32,000 bases of DNA from NCBI GenBank assembly GCA_963826085.1, contig CAWGVN010000001.1, positions 500,768-532,767 on the forward strand, given 5' to 3'. Within the stretch, counting starts at the first letter, position 1, and the number at the start of each line of letters is the position of its first letter. The translations under genes and the position numbers were made by a program. This stretch comes from an uncultured delta proteobacterium (lineage in GTDB: Bacteria > Myxococcota_A > Polyangia > Polyangiales > Polyangiaceae). Positions 16,868 through 24,849 of this stretch are shown in pieces. The notes below the pieces were generated by a model. It saw only the letters and a list, made by a program, of their open reading frames with translations, was not told the origin of the DNA and searched no databases.

Positions 16868-16890
16868 AACCCCACGCTGCACGTTGCGTG
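16863..16890 (-). terminator. Weak intrinsic-terminator-like hairpin after the channel gene
   Basis: On the minus strand, 4 nt after the stop (TAG at 16897-16895): CACGC-AACGTGCA-GCGTG, then GGG and TTTTTTT (plus-strand A-run 16863-16869). The stem is only 5 bp, so this is marginal. Confidence 0.3.
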
Positions 16891-16894
16891 AAGC

Positions 16895-17917
16895 CTAAGC
16901 GGCGACCATCTCGCGCAGCTTGTCGACGCTGGGCACCTCGCCCATGACGATGAGCTGGGTGCCGACTTCGAGCTTGTGGTCGGGGGACGGGTTGTAGACG
17001 TAGCCGCCCTGGGGCTCGTGCAGGGCGACGACGAGCAGGTTGGTCTTGTCGCGGATGGGGACCTCGCGGAGCGACTTGCCGGCGAACGACGAGCCTTCCG
17101 GGATCGGCACTTCCTCGAAGCGCAGGTGCTTGGTGACGCGCAGCATCTGGTCGAGAAACTGCGTCACTTTCGGGCGCACCAGCTCGCTCACCAGGCGGAT
17201 GCCGCCGATGCGGTTCGGGCTGACCGTGCTGTCGGCTCCGGCCTTGACGATCTTGGGCTCGTTCTCGATCTCGACCGCCTTGGAGACGATGCGCGCCTTG
17301 GGATTGAGCGAGCGCGCCGAGAGCGTCACGAACAGGTTGTCGCGGTCCTCGGCCAGGGCCGAGACGACGCCGCGCGCGCGCTCCACGCCCGCGGCGATCA
17401 GCGTGTGATCCTCGGTGGCGTCGCCCACCACGTACAGGAGCTTCCCGTCGAGCTCGTCGCTCACGCGGGCAATCAGCGCTTCGTCCTGCTCGATCAGCAC
17501 GAAGGTCTGCCCGATGGCGTGGAGCTCCTCCACGATGTACTTGCCGGTGCGGCCGCAGCCCGCGACCACCATGTGGTCGGCGAGCGCGGCGATCCTGTTC
17601 TTCATGCGTCGTCTCCGGAAGGCCTTCGCGATCACGCCTTCGATCAGCAGGGCGGTGAGCGTCGACTGGAAGAAGGCGATGGTGCCGATGCCGGCGATGA
17701 TCATGATGCCGGTAACGAACCGCGCCGCGGGATGGGCGTCGAGGTGCGGCAGCTCGGCGAAGCCCACCGTCGAGATCGTGATCACCGCGAAGTAGATCGA
17801 GTGAGCGAACGAATACTCGCCCTGCCCCAGGTAGTAGAGCGCCGCGCCGCCGAGCAGGATCACGATGCCGAGCAGCGCCAGGGCGCTCAGGACTCTGCGG
17901 ATGGCGAGGTCGAACAT
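16895..17917 (-). CDS. 2-TM potassium-channel-family protein with cytoplasmic RCK (TrkA-N/TrkA-C) domains (MthK-like architecture)
   Basis: Two N-terminal TM helices flank the pore segment SIYFAVITISTVGFAELP. A Rossmann motif HMVVAGCGRTGKYIVEEL follows, and the C-terminus is TrkA-C-like (FEEVPIPEGSSFAGKSLREVPIRDKTNLLVVAL...). Confidence 0.85.
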   Translation of the reverse strand: MFDLAIRRVLSALALLGIVILLGGAALYYLGQGEYSFAHSIYFAVITISTVGFAELPHLDAHPAARFVTGIMIIAGIGTIAFFQSTLTALLIEGVIAKAFRRRRMKNRIAALADHMVVAGCGRTGKYIVEELHAIGQTFVLIEQDEALIARVSDELDGKLLYVVGDATEDHTLIAAGVERARGVVSALAEDRDNLFVTLSARSLNPKARIVSKAVEIENEPKIVKAGADSTVSPNRIGGIRLVSELVRPKVTQFLDQMLRVTKHLRFEEVPIPEGSSFAGKSLREVPIRDKTNLLVVALHEPQGGYVYNPSPDHKLEVGTQLIVMGEVPSVDKLREMVAA

Positions 17918-17920
17918 GGA

Positions 17921-18841
17921 CTACTTGCCTAGCGCCTGCTCGAGCGCCGGGGCGAGCTCGGGATAGTGCCAGGAGTAACCCCCGTCCTGCATCACCCGCG
18001 GCACCACGCGCTGGCCGGTGAGCAGCGGCTCGGCGCCTTCGCCGAAGCGAGCGCGCAGCGCGGCCGCCGGTACCGGCAGCCAGCTGGGCCGCCCCAGCAC
18101 CTCGCCGATGGCGCGGGAAAGCGCCGCGTTGGTCACCGCGCTGGGCGCGACGACGTTGACCGGGCCGCGGATCGACTCGTCGTCCAGGCAGCGCAGCACG
18201 ATGCCCACCAAGTCGTCGATGTGCACCCAGGAGACGACCTGGCGCCCGCTGCCGAGCGGCCCTCCGGCGAAGAGCTTGAAAGGCAGAACCATCTGCTCGA
18301 GCGCGCCGCCGTCACGCGCGAACACCACGCCGAAGCGCGTGCACACGACGCGCACGCCGAGCGGCTCTGCCTGGTGAGCGGCGGCTTCCCAGTCGACGAC
18401 CAGCCGCGCCAGGAAGTCGTCGCCCGCCGAGCCGGATTCGTCGACCGCCTCGTCGGCGGGACGCGCCCCATACACGTTGATCCCGGACGCGCACACGAAC
18501 ACGCGCGGTCGTTCCGGTGCGGCCGCCATCGCTTCCACAAGCAGCCGGGTGCTGTCGACGCGGCTGTCGTGGATGCGCTGCTTGGCCGCGCGGGTCCAGC
18601 GCACGCCGACCGCCTGCTCGCCCGCCAGGTGCACCACCGCGTCCTGTCCCGAGAGCTCCTTGAACCAGTCGCCGGGCTGGCGGGGATCCCAACCCCGGCC
18701 GATCACCCGCTCGCCGAGACGACGGGACACCGCGGCGGGATCCCGACCGAGGACCGTGACCGCGTTGCGCCGTTCGAGCAGAGCGCGCACCAGGTGCGAG
18801 CCGATGAAGCCGGTTCCCCCTGTAATCAAGACCCGCGCCAC
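17921..18841 (-). CDS. TIGR01777-type NAD-dependent epimerase/dehydratase (SDR family with DUF1731 C-terminus)
   Basis: ARVLITGGTGFIGSHLVRALLER..., ...NVVAP..VTN..., and a C-terminal ...GQRVVPRVMQDGGYSWHYPELAPAL. The GTG at 18841 is preceded by GGAGGAGGAAG (good SD); the alternative ATG at 18880 adds 13 aa. The stop lies 3 nt from the channel gene start, which suggests an operon. Confidence 0.85.
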   Translation of the reverse strand: MARVLITGGTGFIGSHLVRALLERRNAVTVLGRDPAAVSRRLGERVIGRGWDPRQPGDWFKELSGQDAVVHLAGEQAVGVRWTRAAKQRIHDSRVDSTRLLVEAMAAAPERPRVFVCASGINVYGARPADEAVDESGSAGDDFLARLVVDWEAAAHQAEPLGVRVVCTRFGVVFARDGGALEQMVLPFKLFAGGPLGSGRQVVSWVHIDDLVGIVLRCLDDESIRGPVNVVAPSAVTNAALSRAIGEVLGRPSWLPVPAAALRARFGEGAEPLLTGQRVVPRVMQDGGYSWHYPELAPALEQALGK

Positions 18842-18967
18842 GCGCTCTTCCTCCTCCGGGGCGCCAGCATAGCGGCGCAAGGCCCCGCGGGAGCGGGATC
18901 ATGCCGGCCCACGGGCCTGCACAGTCGCCGCTGGACGCCCTCCCCAAAAGGCTCTACCGATTGGGCC

Positions 18968-19606
18968 ATGAAGAGCATCACCTCGGGGCTGTTGGGGACC
19001 ACCTTGCTGCTCGCCTTCGCGGCCGTCGGCTGCGCCGGCGCGCCCGCTGCGCCTTTCGACACGCTCAAGACCGCGAACCTCACCGCGTTCCGACTCCAGA
19101 ACTACGAGCCTCCGCCGCAGCAGGCGGCGGCGCCCACCGCACCGGGCATGATCCCGGGACTGCCTCCGCAGATCCAGCAGTGGGTCCAGCAGGGCGCGCA
19201 GGGGCTGCAGCAGCTCATCCCGCCGGGTCTGCTTCCGCCGGGCATGCTGGGCGGAGCTGCTGCTCCCGCAGCGTCGCCCACGCCGGACCAGGTGCCCCGC
19301 TTCGAAGGCTTCCGCATCCTCGGGCAGACCCAGGTGATCGACAGCGATCTGAAGGAGAAGCTCGCGGACATCCTCGGTCACGAGGGCAACTTCCAGGCTG
19401 CGCACGCCAACTGCCTGTACGCGGAGATGGGACTATCGTTCCAGTCCGGTCCCGGCGCGATGCCGAACAACGTGCTGATCTCGTTTTCGTGCAACCAGGT
19501 CGGCGCGCGCAACTTCGCATGGCCCTTCCCCAACACCGGCATGAAGCCCGACACGGTGAAGGAGCTGTCCGACGTGGTGAACAAGCTCTGGCCGCCCGGC
19601 ACTTGA
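18968..19606 (+). CDS. Hypothetical lipoprotein with Pro/Gln-rich linker
   Basis: The ATG at 18968 is followed by MKSITSGLLGTTLLLAFAAVGC (lipobox). GC3 is high. The C-terminal globular part is RFEGFRILGQTQVIDSDLKEKLADILGHEGNFQAAHANCLYAEMGLSF... Confidence 0.7.
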   Translation: MKSITSGLLGTTLLLAFAAVGCAGAPAAPFDTLKTANLTAFRLQNYEPPPQQAAAPTAPGMIPGLPPQIQQWVQQGAQGLQQLIPPGLLPPGMLGGAAAPAASPTPDQVPRFEGFRILGQTQVIDSDLKEKLADILGHEGNFQAAHANCLYAEMGLSFQSGPGAMPNNVLISFSCNQVGARNFAWPFPNTGMKPDTVKELSDVVNKLWPPGT

Positions 19607-19641
19607 TCAGGCCGGCTCGGCGCACCGCACCGCGGTGAGCG

Positions 19642-19773
19642 CTAGAGCATTATCCAGAACGCGACCACGATCAGTGCGGCCAGGACCGCGAAGCGCGGCC
19701 AGGTCACGCCCCAGGTCACCCGCGTCGCGGGATCGTGCAGGTGCTCGGTATAGACGACATCGTCGGTGGACAT
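19642..19773 (-). CDS. Candidate 43-aa single-TM small protein (not in the ORF track)
   Basis: My own translation gives MSTDDVVYTEHLHDPATRVTWGVTWPRFAVLAALIVVAFWIML*. Third codon positions are almost all G/C, like the bona fide genes here, and the C-terminus is hydrophobic. No clear SD, and no homologue that I recognise. Confidence 0.3.
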   Translation of the reverse strand: MSTDDVVYTEHLHDPATRVTWGVTWPRFAVLAALIVVAFWIML

Positions 19774-19790
19774 GTCCACAGGATGTCCAC
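19766..19790. promoter_or_regulatory. Candidate operator: perfect 14-bp palindrome plus a third half-site one helical turn away
   Basis: GTGGACATGTCCAC (19766-19779) is self-complementary. ATGTCCAC recurs at 19783-19790, 11 bp after its first occurrence at 19772-19779. The site lies in the region between the small minus-strand ORF and the plus-strand receiver gene. Confidence 0.3.
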
Positions 19791-19982
19791 GTCAGAGCGC
19801 TCCGCAATCGCGCGTGGTGTTCCGCCACGGTGGAGGAGATGCGACCCGTGGGGATCCGCCACAGCCCGCCGGCCTACTACGATTATTCCGCTGGTACCGA
19901 ACACCACGGACGGGGCACGCGCATTGCACCAGCCATCCCGACGTGTCCGTTGCGATGCGACCGTTGCAGCGGATCGTTCATC

Positions 19983-20005
19983 GGCGGCACGGGGGGGGTG
20001 CCGCC
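19983..20005 (+). promoter_or_regulatory. Hairpin abutting the receiver-gene start codon, carrying a G8 homopolymer: seven Gs form the loop and the eighth is the first base of the 3' arm
   Basis: GGCGGCAC (19983-19990) and GTGCCGCC (19998-20005) are perfect complements separated by a 7-nt G loop (the full G-run is 19991-19998). The ATG follows at 20006. Confidence 0.35.
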
Positions 20006-20449
20006 ATGTTTCATTTCGGGAGCGTACTGGTCGTTCAAGGGTGCCGCGAGCTGGCCGACAATCTAGTCGAGCTGCTCGACGCGCTCGGCTACGGCGCCCG
20101 GATCGTCGGCTCGGCAGCCGAGGCCCGAAGCGAACTGGAGAAGCGACGCTACCCGGTCGTGCTGCTGGACGCGGAGCTTCCGGACGGCGACGGCGTCGAG
20201 CTCGTCGCCGAGCTGCGCCGGCGCGACCCAACGCAGCGGATCGTGGTGCTGGCGTCGCTGCTCGACACCGCCCACGTGGAGCGCGCGGAACAAGCCGGCG
20301 CCTCGGCCGTGCTGCGCACGCTGCCCGCCTCGGGCTCGCTTGCCGCGCTCGGGCGCGCGCTGCTCACGCCGGCGAGCTCGAGCGGCGGCGTCCGCTGGAC
20401 GAGGTCCGGCTGGTACGCGCATCTGCGAGCTCCCATCGGCCTTCGATGA
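20006..20449 (+). CDS. Stand-alone CheY-like receiver domain, atypical (acidic pair and conserved Lys not evident)
   Basis: SVLVVQGCRELADNLVELLDALGY...RYPVVLLDAELPDGDGVELVAELRRR...RIVVLASL...AGASAVLRTLP. The phospho-acceptor Asp context (LLDAELPDGDG) and Ser (VLAS) are present. The N-terminal DD is QG, and the KP position reads RTLP. The 3' end overlaps the convergent kinase ORF by 86 nt. Confidence 0.65.
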   Translation: MFHFGSVLVVQGCRELADNLVELLDALGYGARIVGSAAEARSELEKRRYPVVLLDAELPDGDGVELVAELRRRDPTQRIVVLASLLDTAHVERAEQAGASAVLRTLPASGSLAALGRALLTPASSSGGVRWTRSGWYAHLRAPIGLR

Positions 20450-22373
20450 CGCCGCCGTCCGCCGTCATCCCGATCACCAGGCCCACGTCCGCGAACACGC
20501 TCACGAAGGGCGAGCGCCAGTCCGCCGAGCGCCAGACGCAGCTCCACGGCTCGGAGCTCTGGGGGTTCTGCAGCCACAGGTGACCGGTGCTGGCAGTCCA
20601 CACGCGGCCGGCGATGTCCAGCGCCACGGCGGTCAGATCAGGCTCGCCGGGAACCACGGACTCGCTCGGCTCGCCCTGCTCCACGCGCAGCACGCGGCCG
20701 CTCGCGCCCACGACCACGCCGAGACCCAGATCGGGCTGGGCCGCGCAGTCCGTGTACTCGGACACGTCGGAGCCGCGCAGCCGCTGGGTCTCGAACATCA
20801 AGGGGGAGTAGATCGCGGCGAAGCCGTCGCCGGTCTTGGAGCGGCCGCTCAGCAGCCAGCTCTCGTCGGACAGCCGCGCGAGCGCCGAGATCGTCTTGGC
20901 CTTCGAGAGCGCTGCGGGCTTGAGCCAGCGGTGCGCCGCCAGCGAGAACAGGAGCGGCGGCTCGATAGGACGCGCTGCGACCAGCACCGCGAGGTCGCCG
21001 ATTTCGCCGCTCGCCTGCAGAAACGTCACGCGCGGGTCGTCCGCCACGAGCACGCCGGACACGCCGGCCTGCGAGTAGTGCGCAATGGTCGCCTTGTCGC
21101 CGCCGACCAGCCACTGTCCGGCACCGACGCGCTCGGCAAAGCGGATGCCGTCGGGCCGGAGCCCGCGTGCCGGCGCCTCCACCCAGCTGGTACCGTTCCA
21201 GAACGCCAGGCCCTTGCTGGTCGCGGCCAGGCAGCGGCCGTCGCCTTCCCAGGCCACGCTGCGGACGACGCGGTTGGCGCCGGGATTGCGCCGCACGTGC
21301 CAGCCCCACTGGTAGCGCGTGACTCCGGAGTGCTCGCTAATGCTCTGCAGGCGCCGCCGCGGAGGGCTGCGACGCTTGGGCTCGGGGCGGAGCGCGCGCA
21401 GCACGCTGGCCGCGAACTCCCACACCGATTGCGGGCGGTGGCGCGGGTCGAAGGCCGTGGCGTGGGCCAGCGAGGCGTCGATGTCGGCACAGGCGTGCGG
21501 GCGCTCGGCGAGCTCCGGGCACAGGCTGCGGCACTCGGTGATGCTGCGGCGTTCCTTCTCGCGCGCCAGCAGGGCGCTGCCCGCAGTCGTCGGAGCCTCG
21601 AAGTACTCCTCGCCGGTGAGCAGGCGGAACACCACCGCAGCCAGGCTGAAGACGTCGCTCGCCGGTCCCATCTCGGCGCCGTCCCTGAGCTGCTCGGGCG
21701 CGGCGTAGCCCGCGGTGCCGCCCGGCGGGTTGATGAAGGTGCCGGTGCTGTGATCTTCCTGACGCGCGATGCCGAAGTCGGCGATCTTGAACAACTCGTC
21801 CGTGCCGAAGCCGCAGCACAGGACGTTCCACGGCGTCACGTCGCGATGCACGACGCCGACCTCGTGGATCGCCTCGAGCCCGCTGGCCAGGCACGTCACG
21901 GCAAGCGCCGCGCGATCGGGGTCGAAGGCGTAGCCGGTCTGCTCGACGGAAAAATCGATGCGCTCGTCGAGCGTGGTGCCTTCCGCGCCGCCGTGCACGT
22001 ACTCGAGGGCGAGCCACGGCAGGTCCATCTCCACGCCCGCCTGCGTGACGCCCACCGCGCCACTGTCGATCAGCCGCACCACGAAGGGCGTGGGCGGCAC
22101 GCGCTCGTTCAGGCGCTGGAGCGCCACCGCTTCCTTCTCGACCGCGAGCCGAGCCATCCGCCCCTGCTCGCGCATCATGCGCGGCCGCACGATCTTCAGC
22201 ACCACCGGCGAGTGACCGTCGGGCGCGCGGCGGAGCGAGAAGAACGCCACCGCAAAGCTGCCCGCGCCCAGCGGGCGGTCCAGCTGGTAGCGCACCTTGC
22301 GCTCATGCGGAGATTTCAGCGTCAGGCCGGACAGCGCGGCGAGCAGGTCGTCTTGTGGCGAGATCTCGATCAC
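20364..22373 (-). CDS. Hanks-type Ser/Thr protein kinase with C-terminal beta-propeller-like sensor domain
   Basis: GTG start. Kinase motifs are the Gly-loop LGAGSFAVAFF, VVLKIV (VAIK Lys), catalytic loop VVHRDVTPWNVL, IADFGIAR (DFG) and GYAAPEQ (APE). About 330 C-terminal residues show repeated W/G-rich strand patterns. Confidence 0.85.
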   Translation of the reverse strand: MIEISPQDDLLAALSGLTLKSPHERKVRYQLDRPLGAGSFAVAFFSLRRAPDGHSPVVLKIVRPRMMREQGRMARLAVEKEAVALQRLNERVPPTPFVVRLIDSGAVGVTQAGVEMDLPWLALEYVHGGAEGTTLDERIDFSVEQTGYAFDPDRAALAVTCLASGLEAIHEVGVVHRDVTPWNVLCCGFGTDELFKIADFGIARQEDHSTGTFINPPGGTAGYAAPEQLRDGAEMGPASDVFSLAAVVFRLLTGEEYFEAPTTAGSALLAREKERRSITECRSLCPELAERPHACADIDASLAHATAFDPRHRPQSVWEFAASVLRALRPEPKRRSPPRRRLQSISEHSGVTRYQWGWHVRRNPGANRVVRSVAWEGDGRCLAATSKGLAFWNGTSWVEAPARGLRPDGIRFAERVGAGQWLVGGDKATIAHYSQAGVSGVLVADDPRVTFLQASGEIGDLAVLVAARPIEPPLLFSLAAHRWLKPAALSKAKTISALARLSDESWLLSGRSKTGDGFAAIYSPLMFETQRLRGSDVSEYTDCAAQPDLGLGVVVGASGRVLRVEQGEPSESVVPGEPDLTAVALDIAGRVWTASTGHLWLQNPQSSEPWSCVWRSADWRSPFVSVFADVGLVIGMTADGGVIEGRWELADARTSRTSSSGRRRSSSPA

Positions 22374-22459
22374 TTACGGGGGCGACGAGGATAGCCCGCT
22401 CCGGGCCGCGGCGGTCCAGCGTTTCGGGCGGGCGGACCGAACCGCGGTTCGTTCTGTGC

Positions 22460-22487
22460 TTGACCGGGTAGCGAAACGTCCTACATT
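22460..22487 (+). promoter_or_regulatory. Candidate sigma70-type promoter of ssrA
   Basis: TTGACC (22460-22465), a 16-nt spacer and TACATT (22482-22487). The site lies about 30 nt upstream of the mature tmRNA 5' end. Confidence 0.45.
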
Positions 22488-22517
22488 TCGTCCGCCTGCA
22501 TCTGCCGGTACCCCGTA

Positions 22518-22864
<347 letters not shown>

Positions 22865-22885
22865 TAGCTTCGCGCATGAGCTGCC

Positions 22886-22899
22886 CCCCCACGTGGGGG
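22886..22899. terminator. GC hairpin between convergent ssrA and the 622-aa protein gene
   Basis: Perfect palindrome CCCCCACGTGGGGG. A second hairpin (about 22908-22959) follows. Neither has a U-tract. Confidence 0.3.
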
Positions 22900-22980
22900 C
22901 GTCACGTCGCGGGGCGCCTTGCTCGCGCTGCGCGCGGCGCGGGCCCGCCAAGGCCCCGCGGGAAAGCCGCGTGTGCGCTC

Positions 22981-24849
22981 CTACGGCGCCGTCCCCCGCA
23001 CGGTGCGCCCGATCTTCCTCAGCCGCGCGATGAGCGCGCTGTGCGGCGCGTATTCTCCCCAGAAGAAGTAGTTGCCGCCGGCCCAGTTGATGAGGCGGTT
23101 GTAGGTGTCGTCGGCTTCGGTGAGCGCGGAGCGGGCGATCGGGCTGCCCGGGTTCTGCTCGAGCCAGCGGGTGTACTGCTCGAGCGCGAGCCAGCGAGGC
23201 GTGGTGCGCGTGAGGGCGACTTCGATCGCGTGCGACTCGGCGGGGTTCTTCTTCGGGCTGTAGCGATCGCTGATCGCGCGGTACATGGAGTTGTCCTGGC
23301 CCCAGAACAGCTCCGAGCGGTGTGCCACGAAGAAGCGCGCAAGCTTGAGCGAGGCGTCGGGATCGTGCGACGCGGCGAGGGCGCCGACTTGTCGCCAGAG
23401 CTTCGCCTGCGCCGGATGGTCGTGCTGCACGCGCAGGGCCGCGCTCTGCCAGCTGCCGCTGCCGGCGAGGCGAACCGCTGCTTCGAAGCGCGCCGCCTTT
23501 GCCAGCGCCTTCGAGCGCTTTTCGAGACCGATGAGGCCCTTGTCGTCGACCAGAACGCGAATCAGGTACTGCTGCGTGTCGGCGCCCAGCTTCGGCACCG
23601 CGGCCGCGAGATCCGGCCGCGAGCGCGCGACGAAGTAGTGCGCGGCGAGCAGCGCGCGCTCGGCATCGTTCGGCAGCTTCGCTAGCTGGGCGCGCGCGGC
23701 GGACCACTTTGCCGCGGCGATGAGCGCTGCCGCGCGCAGCTTGCCCCAGAGCGGCGAGGAATGTTCGATCGTGCGCGGGAAACCCGGCGGCAGATACCCG
23801 GGGTGTGCTTTCGTCACCGCCCAGAGCAGCAGCCTCTCCTCGAGGTTTTCCGATGCGGGACGGCGGCGGTGCGTGCGGGCGAGCTTCCACCAGCGCTGCG
23901 AGCGCGCGGGCGTGATCGTGCTCTCGTCGGCGAACGCGGCGACCAGCGCGGGATCCGTGAGCGAGTCGAGCTTCGCGACCGGCAGCGTCACGCCGCGCTG
24001 CACCAGGTAGCGCATCTCTGCCAGCGCGCGCACGCGCAGCCGGGGATACACGTCGAGCACCACGCTCCAAGCGCCGGCGCCGTCCCCGGAGAGGTAGCGG
24101 ATGCGTTCCTTGTCGAGCCGCACGTAGTCGCGCAATGGGTGTTGCGGGTAGTGCGTGAGCCAGGCGTCCACCGCTTGCTCGAGCTGCTTCCACGTGGCAG
24201 CGCTCACCTGCTTGCGGATGGCGTCACCCCAGCCATTCGGGACCTGTGCACGGAACGCGGCGCGCAGGGCCAGAAAGTCGTGCTCCGCCTGGCGCGCCCG
24301 GATTGTTGCGGCGAGCGCAGCCGCTGGCACTCCCTGCGCCGGCTTGCCTGCCAGGAACGCGCGCACGGCGGCGGGCGGAAGCTTCGCCAGCTGGGGGGCG
24401 ACCTGCTCGAGCTCCGCGGCGCGCCAGGCCTGCTTCGTCTGCGGCGCTGCGACAACCGGCGGCTCGGCGAGCCAGACAGCGACAGCGCGTTTCGCCTCGA
24501 GTGCGATGGCCTGGGCGACGCCGGACTTCAGCGCCGCGTCGAGCGCGTTCGTCGTCGGAGCTTTGGTCTTCGCCGCTGCGTCGTCATACGAGAAGCTCCA
24601 CAACGTGCCGAAGTGCGACTTGTCCTCGCGCCAGAACGGATAGAGGAAGCGGAACTCCTCGCGCGGCAGGTACTCCCAGTCGTCGTCCTTCACCGCCAGG
24701 CCGTCGGCGATGGCGCCCACCGGCGCGAGCGCGCCCAGATCCGCGTAATCTGGGCCGCCACAGGCGTCGGCGGGCACAGGCGCGTTGCAGAGCGCGCCCA
24801 CGGCGAAGCAGACGGCGAGCGCGACTGCGACGAATCCGCGGAGCCTCAT
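22981..24849 (-). CDS. Secreted all-helical hypothetical protein (622 aa)
   Basis: Signal peptide MRLRGFVAVALAVCFAVGALC. The ORF has high GC3 and an Ala/Leu/Arg-rich helical composition, with a conserved-looking C-terminus ...YNRLINWAGGNYFFWGEYAPH. The start ATG overlaps the upstream stop (ATGA at 24846-24849). Confidence 0.75.
   Translation of the reverse strand: MRLRGFVAVALAVCFAVGALCNAPVPADACGGPDYADLGALAPVGAIADGLAVKDDDWEYLPREEFRFLYPFWREDKSHFGTLWSFSYDDAAAKTKAPTTNALDAALKSGVAQAIALEAKRAVAVWLAEPPVVAAPQTKQAWRAAELEQVAPQLAKLPPAAVRAFLAGKPAQGVPAAALAATIRARQAEHDFLALRAAFRAQVPNGWGDAIRKQVSAATWKQLEQAVDAWLTHYPQHPLRDYVRLDKERIRYLSGDGAGAWSVVLDVYPRLRVRALAEMRYLVQRGVTLPVAKLDSLTDPALVAAFADESTITPARSQRWWKLARTHRRRPASENLEERLLLWAVTKAHPGYLPPGFPRTIEHSSPLWGKLRAAALIAAAKWSAARAQLAKLPNDAERALLAAHYFVARSRPDLAAAVPKLGADTQQYLIRVLVDDKGLIGLEKRSKALAKAARFEAAVRLAGSGSWQSAALRVQHDHPAQAKLWRQVGALAASHDPDASLKLARFFVAHRSELFWGQDNSMYRAISDRYSPKKNPAESHAIEVALTRTTPRWLALEQYTRWLEQNPGSPIARSALTEADDTYNRLINWAGGNYFFWGEYAPHSALIARLRKIGRTVRGTAP

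Noticed and set aside
16574-16898. ORFs 16574-16882 (minus, 102 aa) and 16692-16898 (plus, 68 aa) in the convergent spacer
   Set aside because: They lie across the long inverted repeat, have lower GC3 and no start context, and mirror each other because of the palindrome.
20340-22394. 684-aa plus-strand ORF antisense to the kinase
   Set aside because: It is the mirror ORF of a gene with complete Hanks-kinase motifs and has off-frame composition.
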